In this document: piece after piece, positions 1 to 10,333 of the stretch
Layout: every line of letters starts with the position of its first letter
How positions within the stretch are numbered: the first letter of the stretch is position 1
Source of the DNA: Octopus vulgaris
Lineage: Eukaryota
Length of the DNA: 64,000 bases
Assembly (NCBI GenBank): GCA_951406725.2
Contig: OX597819.1
Location: 48,856,001-48,920,000 of the forward strand
Direction of reading: 5' to 3'
Notes under the pieces: model-generated
Told to the model about the DNA's origin: nothing
The model's database searches: none
Seen by the model: only the letters and a program-made list of their open reading frames with translations
Translations under genes and position numbers: made by a program

Positions 1-1644
1 TTAAACTCTACTACAGTGTATTCAATATACATACCGTGACAATATAATTACTCGTTTCTGTAGCATTAAGACAAGACACATCTTTTCTGTTTAGATGTTA
101 TTTTCAGTGTGATTCTCATGAGAGATTCACATCTTTCTTTACATTCATGCAAGTTAGCTTTCAATTAATGTTATAAAAATTGTTATTTAGTCTCATTATG
201 TCTCTCCTCTCCAAACCTCTCTCTTGTGTCTCACTATCAAAGCCTGTGCTGAACATTTTGCTTAATACTTTTATATCAGAACTACAACACTTTACAAATC
301 CTCTACTTTTCTGTAATTCTTCTCCAGACATTAAATTGTCAGAGTTCAAGGTGAACTCTGTTGTGCAGCATTATTCCAGGTTGAATCTTATGTACATAAT
401 ATAGTGAGCTGAAATACCACGATCAACTGATTATCCAGACAATTAATTGAAAAGAAAACTTCCTTTAGAGTGTTAAGTATCTCAAAATGTAATAAGCAAG
501 AGATGCTACTCTCATAATATCAGTTGACCAAAAGTGTGGGGTAATATAGACAAAGTAGACTTGAGTTAATCTCTCTTGCTTGTTTTTGAATTTTAAAAAC
601 CTCTTGAGGGAGATTTTGCTTACCACTGCTTGCATAATTTGATCAATTTTTTTTTTTTAAATTGTTTTTACATCTGTGAGCATACTGTATTTGTAGTATG
701 TAGAATGCTTCCTTGATATATTTCCTATCATTCACATCATTGAACATTCAACTATTTTGACCTCAACAGTTGGAAAGACCTACTATGAATACTGCTGCTG
801 TCTACCTTTGATCAACTGAATATAAAATAAGCCTTAGGAAGAGACAATGCCTAAAGCTTTTGCAGACCACTTCAAACTGATCAGGGTGAACCTATTGATA
901 TTTAGTTTGAATTTCTGAAGATTGATGTTTATAGGGAAAATGTGGAATGAAAAAGATTTCCATAAATTTTAGAGATAAAAGGGTTAAGCAAAGAACTAAG
1001 TACAATTTCTTGTGGGGAGACATTGTAGGGTTGATAAATTAAGTATCAGTTGCATACTGGGGTCAATCTAATTGACTGGCAATTCCTCCAAAATTTCAGG
1101 CCTTGTGCCTAGAGTAGAAAAGAATATTGGTGCTATAGAGAGGAGAGATTTGTTGCATGGACAACTGTTAGTCTTCCATAAAAATATAACCTGGAGAGTG
1201 AGTTTCCAGTTAAAGACATCTAGTCAACTCTCACAAATGTTGTTGTCTCTCACAGGAAAATGATTGTATTGTGTACAAAAATTTAAGAAGTGAATTAATG
1301 AATGTATAAAATTAAAAGTAACAAGGAGCAGGTCGTGAGATCAGTATTGAGTTCTTTATTAAATTTGCCCCTTAATGAATTTATTTTAAAATCTTTTTCA
1401 TTACCATGAACATTTTAAGACCTGTTAAATCATTAAATCAGTGATTTTTTTTTTTAGTGAGAAAACACATTAGAACAAATATGATGTTTTGTATAGGATT
1501 ATGGAAATACTGATTGATATTTCAACATTGTTATACACTGATCTATTTCAATTAATGCTTTTAACTTGGTTGTTATAGTTATGCTTTGGTTGCTGTATCC
1601 TCCAGTCTTTTCCAGTTCAAATACATTTGTGCATATTTCTTTTT

Positions 1645-1850
1645 AGCACAAGATCTGCAATTTTGAGGGCAAATGGCTAATTAGTTACATCAATCTGTTG
1701 AGCACTGGGCGTCAACAGATACTTATTTTATCAACCTCAAAAGGATGAAAGACAGTGTCAACCTTGGTGGCATATGAACTCAGGACATAAAGCTGGTAGA
1801 AATGTCACTAAGCATTTTGTCCATATGCCAACAATTCTGCTAGATTACCA
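1645..1850 (-). mobile_element. Degenerate tRNA-derived SINE, family B
   Basis: Reverse complement matches the family B body (GAGTTCA B-box, CTTTCATCCTTT motif) seen at 2646 and 31348. Confidence 0.7.
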
Positions 1851-1946
1851 TCTCATATCTGTGTATAATAGAGATAATTCCTCAGCTCAGAAATTCAAAT
1901 AAAAGAATTGTCTTTCAATATCAATTCAATAAAAATAGTTCTCATA

Positions 1947-2117
1947 GGCGCAGGAGTGGCTGTGTGGTAAGTAGCTTGCTAACCAACCACATGGTTCCGG
2001 GTTCAGTCCCACTGCGTGGCATCTTGGGCAAGTGTCTTCTGCTATAGCCCCAGGCCGACCAATGCCTTGTGAGTGGATTTGGTAGACGGAAACTGAAAGG
2101 AGCCTGTCGTATATATG

Positions 2118-2150
<33 letters not shown>

Positions 2151-2372
2151 ATGTGTTTGTGTGTCTGTGTTTGTCCCCCTAGCATTGCTTGACAACCAAT
2201 GCTGGTGTGCTTACGTCCCCGTCACTTAGCGGTTTGGCAAAAGAGACCGATAGAATAAGTACTGGGCTTACAAAGAATAAGTCCTGGGGTCGATTTGCTC
2301 GACTAAAGGCGGTGCTCCAGCATGGCTGCAGTCAAATGACTGAAACAAGTAAAAGAAAAAAGAAAGAAAAGA
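1947..2372 (+). mobile_element. Full-length tRNA-derived SINE, family A (CORE-like central motif, internal TA/TG microsatellite)
   Basis: Head GGCGCAGGAGTGGCTGTGTGG (A-box-like), GGTTCAGTCCC (B-box-like), CTTGGGCAAGTG CORE-like motif, A-rich tail; near-identical copies at 58862 and 60637. Confidence 0.9.
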
Positions 2373-2499
2373 ATTAACATACATAATTTCCCTGGTTTCT
2401 TTCTGTCTTTGTTTTGTGTATCAGAGCAGCCTGATGTTGGAAAACATATATCAAGAATGTTTAAGCACATATCAGTTAAAAAACAAAGTTCTGATTTCT

Positions 2500-3190
2500 A
2501 ACACAGTGGTTTAGAAGCTCACTTCACAATCATGTAGGATTGAGTTCAGTCCCACTATGAGGCTGGCACCTTGGGCAAGTATCATCTATTATGGCCCTGG
2601 GCTCACCAGTGCCTTATGAGTGAATTTGGTAGATGGAAACTGTGCGGCAAGCTGGCAGGAACGTTAGCATGCTGGGCGAAATGCTTAGTGGTATTTCGTC
2701 TGCTGCTACGTTCTGAGTTCAAATTCCGCCGAGGTTGACTTTGCCTTTCATCCTTTCGAAGTTGATTAAATAAGTACCAGTTATACACTGGGGTCGATGT
2801 AATCGGCTTAATCCATTTGTCTATCCTTGTTTGTCCCCTCTGTGTGTAGCCCCTTGTGGGCAGTAAAGAAATAATAGAAAACTGTGTGAAAGTTCATTAT
2901 ATATATATATATATGTATATAATATATAGCGAGAGAGAGAGAGAGAGATGTATATACACACACACAAATATATATATGAGTATGTATGTGTTTATTTCCC
3001 CTTCCTACTCGACAACTAGAGTTGGTTTGTTTACATCCCCATAATTTACTGGTTCAGCAAAAAGAGGCCAATAGAATGATTACTAGATTTAAAAAATGAA
3101 GTACAGGGATCATTTTATTCAACTATAAAAAAAGGCAATGCCCCAGTATGGCTGCAGTCCAACGAGTGAAATGAGTGAAAGATAAAAGTT
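2500..3190 (+). mobile_element. Older family A SINE interrupted by a family B SINE
   Basis: Head 2500-2644 (GTTCAGTCCCACT, CCTTGGGCAAGT) resumes at 2887 with the internal microsatellite and 3' half. Confidence 0.8.
2645..2878 (+). mobile_element. Full-length tRNA-derived SINE, family B, nested with TSD AAACTGTG
   Basis: GGCAAGCTGGCAG head, GAGTTCAAATTCC B-box, GCCTTTCATCCTTTC central motif; AAACTGTG at 2637-2644 and 2879-2886. Confidence 0.88.
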
Positions 3191-4099
3191 CACGTTTAGG
3201 GGAGGGGTACATAGGTTTATATAGATCCCCCAAGAACTCAACTGTTACATTATTCTTTTGACTCTTGAAAGGTGAAAGGCAATGCTGACCAAAGCTGAGA
3301 ATTGAACTCAGAGGAAATTAAAAAGATAAAATAAATAAAATGTTTTGATATGATAAATTGAGTTGCTCTGGAACTAGTTAGAACATACAGGAATGTCTGT
3401 CTGTAAACTATTTAGATTACTTTTGTGCATTAACTGCATTAAATAAAGATCTGAATTCCTCTAGTCTAGAACCAAATTATAATTGTATGGAAAATTAAAG
3501 AAAAATATATTCAAAATATTTTGGCAAAAAATTTGGAGAAAAAAAAAGATAAGAAGACCTACAAAAATCCAATCTTTCATTATACATGTGGTTGGGAAAT
3601 GAAACACTTCTGGAATTCAGCCAAAAGGCAGTCAGCTTGACAAATCTGTTGCACTATAAGAAAATTAATGAATTAATGAGAATTAACGAAAATTAATAAA
3701 AATAGAAAGATGCCTTAGAGTGGTGGTAAGCTTTTGATAAACCAAGACATGGTTTTAGAAACATTTCACATAAATCATTGTATATATAACATATATGTAT
3801 GTGTGCATGTGTTATTAGTAATTTTTGTTATGCATTCGTGTTGATGTATTAATATGAAGTCACACCACCTGCGCAAATGCATTATCAAAGCTTTGTTCGG
3901 TCATTGACAGATTTAAGCATGCAATATATTTCATCTACTTTCCTTTATGTGTTCCGGCCCAACGACTGTGGCCATGCTGGTGCACCACCATTTAATATAT
4001 ATATGTTTGCATGTATTTATGTTTGATATTGTGATAATACGGGAATGTTATAAAGTTACTTTGACCAATTAGAGCATTTATTCATTATACTCCTCAATT

Positions 4100-4130
<31 letters not shown>

Positions 4131-4137
4131 TATATAC

Positions 4138-4397
4138 CATCATCATCATCATTGTTTAACGTCTGCTTTCCATGCTGGCATGGGCTGGACGGTTTGATTG
4201 AGGACTGGTGAACCAGAGGCCACACCAGGCTCAATCTGGTTTGGCAAAGTTTCTACAGCTGGATGCCCTTCCTAACATTAACCACTCTGAGAGTGTAGTG
4301 GGTGCTTTTTACATCCCACTAGCATGAGGGCCAATCTGTGGCCCTGGCAAAAATCACGCTCGGATGTGCTTTTAACGTTCTACTGGCATGAGTGCCA

Positions 4398-4400
<3 letters not shown>
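4138..4400 (-). mobile_element. RTE LINE 3' tail fragment ending in (GAT)n
   Basis: Reverse complement has TTAGGAAGGGCATCCAGCTGTAGAAAC...CATGGAAAGCAGACGTTAAAC(GAT)n, the same tail that follows the RTE ORF at 8300-8469. Confidence 0.85.
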
Positions 4401-4440
<40 letters not shown>

Positions 4441-4449
4441 GTATATATG

Positions 4450-5590
4450 TTGGGTCATCCCATAAAGAATGTGGCTTTTTCAATTGCATGAGCTAAAAGT
4501 CAGAGGGGGACAGGATAAACTACTTGCATCAACTTGCAATAAAAGTAGGTAGTAGTTTTACCTTGTCCTTATTTCTAGTGATAGTTTTGAAGAGTGCAGT
4601 TCGATTTTAACAGTTATTTCTTCAAAGCTGTAAAAGAAGTGACAAAGGAGCATATTTGGCATATTTTTCTTTATGAGTTCAGTGGAGGCAACAACACAAT
4701 GGAAAGTGTGAGGAATATTGATACAGTATATAGGGATCAGACAATAAGCATAAGCCAGTGTCAACGGCGATTCCACAATTTCTGAGCTGGAAACTACAGC
4801 TTAGAAGACGAACCTCATCTTGGAAGATATGTAGAGCTTAACAAGAACATCTTGCAAACCCTGGCGGAACAAAATCCCATTGTAACAGTTGAAGAACTAG
4901 CAGAGAAGCTTGGATTTGGTCTCTGACTTTTTAGCTCATCAACACTTGTGTGCCATCAGAAAAGTCAGCAAATTGGATCAATGGGCTCCTCACAAACTTT
5001 CTGAGTCTAATCACATGCAGAAAGTGAATGTGTTCTCTTTGCTGTCACATCTCACAAATGAATCTTTTTTGGACTGAATAGTGACTGGTGACAAGAAATG
5101 GGTTCTCTATAAAAAAAAATGTCAAGCACTGAAGACAGTGGGTAGGAAAAGGAGAAATGCTGGCACCCTAGGCAGTCTTCACCCATGTAAGGTATTGTTA
5201 TCTGTTTGGTGGGATATGAAAGGTTTAGTCTACTTTGAACTTTTAAACCCAAACCAAATGACGACAAAGGAGATCTCCTGTGAGCAGCTCAAGTGGCTTA
5301 AATTAGCACTAGAAAAAAAACCCCGACCATCTTTGGTTTCAAGATGAAAGGTGTTCCTCCATCAGGATAATGCCCAGCTACATACAGTGAGGATGACATT
5401 TCAAAGGCTGGAGCAGTTTGAATGGGAAATGATACCCCACCCACCATATTCACCGGATATTGTCCCATCTGGTTATCATTTATTCAGCAGTCTTGAAAAT
5501 CGTTTGGATGGAAAAAATATGAATTCTGTAGACATGGTCAGAACAGTACTGGAGTAGTATTTTCTGTCATGGACAAATGAATTTTGGAAG
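4450..5590 (+). mobile_element. Decayed mariner (DD34D-type) transposon with 5' TIR; transposase pseudogene; 3' end lost
   Basis: TIR TTGGGTCATCCCATAAA after a TA tract; translated motifs WAPHKL, VTGDKKWVLY, HQDNAQLH, HPPYSPDIVPSGYHLF with frameshifts and stops. Confidence 0.92.
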
Positions 5591-6398
5591 GAGGGGCGGG
5601 GGAAGCTTTTTAAGTGGCACCTTTACTGACGGGGTCAACAAGTACTTGCAAGACAAAAACCATTTGCGAAAAAAGGGGGCATATGAGGAGGTGACCTTGT
5701 GTAAGATGATGAAAGGTTATAGTGAGACAGAGAGACAAACAGGTGTTTTGCTGTAGAGGAGATACAAGGTTACCCAGCCAGAGAGAGAGAGAGAGAGAGA
5801 GATATCAAGAATGAAGACAAGCAGGTGTGCTGCTGCCTGCAAGGAGATACATGGTTACCCAACCTGAGGGAAGTGCAGAGAGAGAGTGGGAGATAGCATG
5901 ATTTAGATGGTGGGGAAAGTGCTGGATATACTCACAACAGCCGGTGGATCAGAATATAAATGGGATGGTTGAGTAAAGGAAGAGAGAGATATAGATGGTG
6001 GAAAATGCCAGGACATACCTTTGAGATTTGAAGGTCATACTATAAGTGGCAGGATATTGCAAAAAGAATAGGATTAGAGAGTGCAGAGGGATGAGGAAGT
6101 GAGTGGTGAAGACCTGGGTATATATAGAAGGAATGGGGGGTTGGATAGCAATAATACACAGAATCAGGGTTGTGAGGACAGGATTGGGGAGTGAGAGATG
6201 GGCATAGTGTATGAAGGAGGAAATATGAGGAAAAGAAATATAGAGATGTAGATTTTTTTTGTTGGGATAGGGTGTGTGAAAGTTTTCTTGTCAGAGGCTA
6301 GTGGATAGCAATGAAATGATACAGTGAAACAGAGCCAAGAGGACATGATTGGGGAGTGGGAGGTAAGTATAGTGCATGAAGTGGAAATGCGAGGAAGA

Positions 6399-6431
<33 letters not shown>

Positions 6432-6435
<4 letters not shown>

Positions 6436-6785
6436 TCATCATTATCAGCGTTTGACATCTGCTTTCCATGCTGGCATGGTTAGCCGATTTGACTGAGAAC
6501 TGGCGAACCAGATGGCTGCACCAGGCCCCAGTCTGATCTGGCAGAGATTCTACAGCTGGATTCCCTTCCTAATGACAACCACTCCGAGAGTGTAGTGGGT
6601 GCTTTTACGTGCCACCAGCATGAGGGCCAGTCAGGCGGTACTGGTAACGACCACATTCAGATGGTGTTTTTTATGTGCCACCTGCACAGGATCCAGTCCA
6701 GTGGCACTGGCAACGACCTTGCTTGAATATTTTTTCATGTGCCAGGAAGGCGACTCTGGTAACAATCACGCTTGAATGGTGCTTT
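6432..6785 (-). mobile_element. RTE LINE 3' tail with degenerate ~60-bp repeats
   Basis: Same tail family as 4138 and 27165; GGCACGTAAAAGCACC-type motifs repeated on the minus strand. Confidence 0.85.
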
Positions 6786-7302
6786 ATATATATATATATA
6801 TATACACACACACATACATATATATATAGAGAGAGAGAGTTTAAAAGAGATAAATTATCCTGGTGGATACCATATTATCTCACAAATTGGTATAGATGCT
6901 GGCTATGCACAATGATCCAATTACATAGTACTCAAGCTTAAAAGAGATACTGGTTCTTGAAAGCTTCACTTGTCGGGTAGTTCCATGTTTCTATTCAGAA
7001 CCGCAAATATTTCGTAGAGTATATAATTGATAATCAAGAGGAGAGTGGAGATTTATTCACATCCCAAACTTTTTAAATAAAACATTATCTGCAGCATATA
7101 TAACACTGACCAACATGCTTCTACTGCAGCAACTGCACATTGCTCTGTGTGCAATTATGCATCCTAGTCACTACAATTTTATCAACAGTCCATCACTCAC
7201 AATGTTTTCAAAGTGAATTAGTTCAAACAAGCATCCAGCATTGGTATTCATTTGAAGGTGATAGTGTTACTTTTTAAATCCAATCGAACTCTGGTCAGAT
7301 AG

Positions 7303-8469
7303 TCACCCTTGTTCACCATAGTCCTCCAGGCAATAACGGAGGAATTTAAGACAGGCTGCCCTTGGGAGTTCCTCTATGCTGATGACCTTGTTCTTATATC
7401 TGAATCACTACCAGAACTAGGGAAGAAATTTCTGTTGTGGAAGCAAAGTCTGGAATTGAAGGGCCTTAGTGTCAATTTAGCAAAGCTCAAAGTCTTAGTA
7501 AGTAGGAAAATAAATAAATCTCAAATCCCTCCAGGGTGATGGCCTTGCTTGATATGAAGAGAAAGCATAGGTAGAAATACATAAGAGGTGCAGCAATATT
7601 AGAGGAAGGTTAGCAGAGAAAGGAGTCTTTGTGTGTGGTCAATGTATTGGTACAATAAACACTAGAAATGTACAGGAAACAGACTTCATCAAATACCAGG
7701 GGAGGATACTTAGAAGAACTTGATAGCTTCCATTATCTGGGTGGATGCTCCAAGAGTGGAGGTGGATGCTCTGAGAGTGTAGCTACTAGAATAAAAATAA
7801 GCTGGGCAAATTTCAGAGAGCTTCTATCCTTGTTGGTAACAAAAGGCCTCTCCCTCAGAGTGAAAGGCAGATTGTATGATGCCTGCGTGCGAACAACCAT
7901 GCTACATGGCAGTAAGACATGGGCTGTGACTGAAGAAGATGTGTGAAGGCTTGAAATAAATGAAGCTAGTGTGTTTGCAATGTCAGTGTACATGTGCAAC
8001 AGTATAAACATCTTGAGAGAAAAATTGGCCATAAGAGGCATCATATGTGATGTGCAAGAGAGGCAACCTCACTGGTATGGTCATGTGATGTATAGGGATG
8101 AGGACAGCTGTGTAAAGAAGTGCTGATCTCTAACTGTGGTAGATATAGACCCAGGAAGACATGAAACAAAGTGGTAAAGTAAAGTATGATCTTTGGATGT
8201 TGGGTCTCACATAGATAAGTGACTGAGACCTTTGATGATTTGCTGTACTTGAGAAGACTCATCAAGCCAAGTGAAATTGTAGTCATGGCTAGTGCTGGTG
8301 AAACATAAAAAGCACCAAATATACTCTTGGAGTGGTTGGCATTAGAAAGAGCATCCAGCCATAGAAACCAAGCCAAATCATACTGGAACCTGATACAGCT
8401 CTCACGCTTACCAATCCCAGTCAAACTAACTGTTGCCAGCATGGAAAATGGATGCTGAATGATGATGAT
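7303..8469 (+). mobile_element. 5'-truncated RTE-clade LINE (RT C-terminal part, 3' UTR, (GAT)n tail)
   Basis: LFTIVLQAITEEFKTGCPWEFLYADDLVLI (YADD motif), FHYLG, KGRLYDACVRTTMLHGSKTW; broken by stops and frameshifts; tail ends GATGATGAT. Confidence 0.92.
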
Positions 8470-8496
8470 ATACATACATATGTAATAGAGAGGTGA

Positions 8497-8848
8497 TTAA
8501 TAAACTATTATTTATTAATTTAAAAAATTGACAAACATCCCTTACAGCTGTTTCAATTTCAGGCCTTCAGAAAATTAATTAATTAAGTTAAAAATTATTT
8601 GAAAGTTAAATTTCTTCAGAGGTAGTTTAAGATATACAAAATAGGTGTTGAATTCCTGCATGCTGAGCAAACTTTAACATCAACATGCAGGAATTGAACA
8701 CCTATTTTGTATATCTTAAACTACCTCTGAAAAAATTTGACTTTCAAATAATTTTGATTTAATTAATTAATTTTTTGAAGGTCTGGAATTGAAACAGCTG
8801 TAAGGGATGTTTGTCAATTTTTTAAATTAATAAATAACAATTTATTAA
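8497..8848. repeat. Long inverted repeat (~170-bp arms), Penelope-like terminal palindrome with a degenerate hammerhead motif
   Basis: Left arm ~8497-8665 is the reverse complement of the right arm ~8683-8848; contains CTGAAGG...GAAACAGCTGTA on the minus strand. Confidence 0.75.
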
Positions 8849-8882
8849 ATACTATTCTATTTTCTCATATTTTTATAATAAA

Positions 8883-9277
8883 CTAGCAGTATCGCCCGGC
8901 GTTGCTCGGGTTTGTAAGGGAAATAATTATAGAAGCATTTTTAGAGATGTAAAGTATAATAGCCATCTCAATATGGCTAACCACAAAGGGGGAGGGGGTG
9001 TTACTGTAGCTTTTTACGTTCTGAGATTTAATAATAAATTTTAGAGAGTTACTTCCCTTATATATGTCAAAAATGGATTAAAAATGGGAAAAATTGATGG
9101 TAAATTTTTTTAAAATTGTAGACTCATCGTAGACGCGCGCTAATACTCAGACAGTCTCGATATGAATCACGACTATAAGATACCCGGTTTTGGTTAAACT
9201 GCACCGCAAAATGTGGGAGTAGTTAGGAATCTAAATCGTAGGAGACAGACACACAACCTCACTTTTATATATAAAGA
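8883..9277 (-). mobile_element. Non-autonomous Helitron (inner element, 395 bp)
   Basis: Minus strand begins A|TCTTTATATATAAAAG and ends with hairpin CCCGAGCAACGCCGGG...CTAG|T; no TSD; second copy 10826-11220. Confidence 0.88.
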
Positions 9278-9441
9278 TTTCCTCTATTTACATAATATTG
9301 AGGTCTCTTTCTTTCTTTTGTTATCTTACTGTTTTTACCAATATACATATATATATATATATATAAATATATATATAGTTACAGAGATGTACTTGCATAG
9401 CAAGTGACTTGATCTGAGATCGTGTGCTGGAACGAAAACAG

Positions 9442-9700
9442 TTGCAGCGTTGAAGGTGTTTATAAGCCATTTAAGAAACACACAAAAACCGTTAGATTCA
9501 CTTCAACATTTAAATTTAATTTGTCAAAACATTTTCATCGCTTTGAGACCGCGACCTGTTAGCACGATATTTTTGTCAGTGAACAGGTCGCGGTCTCAAA
9601 GCGACGAAAATATTTTGGCAAATTAAATTTAAATGTTGAAGTGAATGTAACGGTTTTTGTGTGTTTCTTAAATGGCTTACAAACACCTTCCACGCTGCAA
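9442..9700. repeat. Inverted repeat (~119-bp arms), Penelope-like palindrome; duplicated at 11385-11643
   Basis: 9442-9560 is the reverse complement of 9582-9700, separated by a short spacer. Confidence 0.85.
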
Positions 9701-10067
9701 TATATATATACACACATATATATATATGTATGTATGTATGTATGTGTGTATATGTGTATGCATGTATATGTGTGTGTGTGTGCGTGTCTGTGCTTGTGAT
9801 TGTCCTCCACCACTGCTTGACAACGAATGTTGGTTTGTTTACATCCCTGTCACCTAGTGGTTTGACAAAGGAAACAGATAGAATAAGTACAATGCTTAAA
9901 AAAATAAAAGTGGAGTTGATTCATTAAACTACAATTCTTTAAGGCATTGCCCCAGCATGGCCACAGACCAATGGCTGGAAAAAGCAGAAGAATAAAAGAA
10001 TACATGCTCTGCTTTGGTCTTATGTTCAAGGCATGAGAAAGCTTGAGTTTACATGAGAAGGCCTAAC

Positions 10068-10333
10068 AGACCTGGTAGAAACAGCAGCCAAATCTCCCTC
10101 AAATCACACCTTACTGTCTTATGTATGTATATATATATGAGCCAATGAGGGGGACCTCTACATGGTAGCTAGACCTGGTAGAAATAGCAGCCAAATTTCC
10201 CCCAAATCACACCTTACTGTCTTATCTATGTATATATGTATGTATGAGCCTATGAGGGAGACCCCTACATGGCAGCTAGACATGGTAGAAATAGCAGCCA
10301 AATCTCCCTCAAATCACACCTTACTGTCTTATC
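10068..10333 (+). repeat. ~105-bp tandem repeat (about 2.5 units; about 3.5 units in the duplicate at 12001-12373)
   Basis: Repeated AGACCTGGTAGAAATAGCAGCCAAATCTCCCTCAAATCACACCTTACTGTCTTAT. Confidence 0.9.

Noticed and set aside
161-404. Overlapping short ORFs at the window start
   Set aside because: No recognisable domain or convincing splice signals; they cannot be distinguished from chance.
1947-2020. tRNA genes at SINE heads (also 52440-52510, 58862, 60637)
   Set aside because: A/B boxes are present but there is no complete cloverleaf or poly-T terminator, and they continue into SINE bodies.
5600-6400. Purine-rich segment as a coding exon or LINE
   Set aside because: Low-complexity GA-rich sequence with no recognisable motif in any frame.
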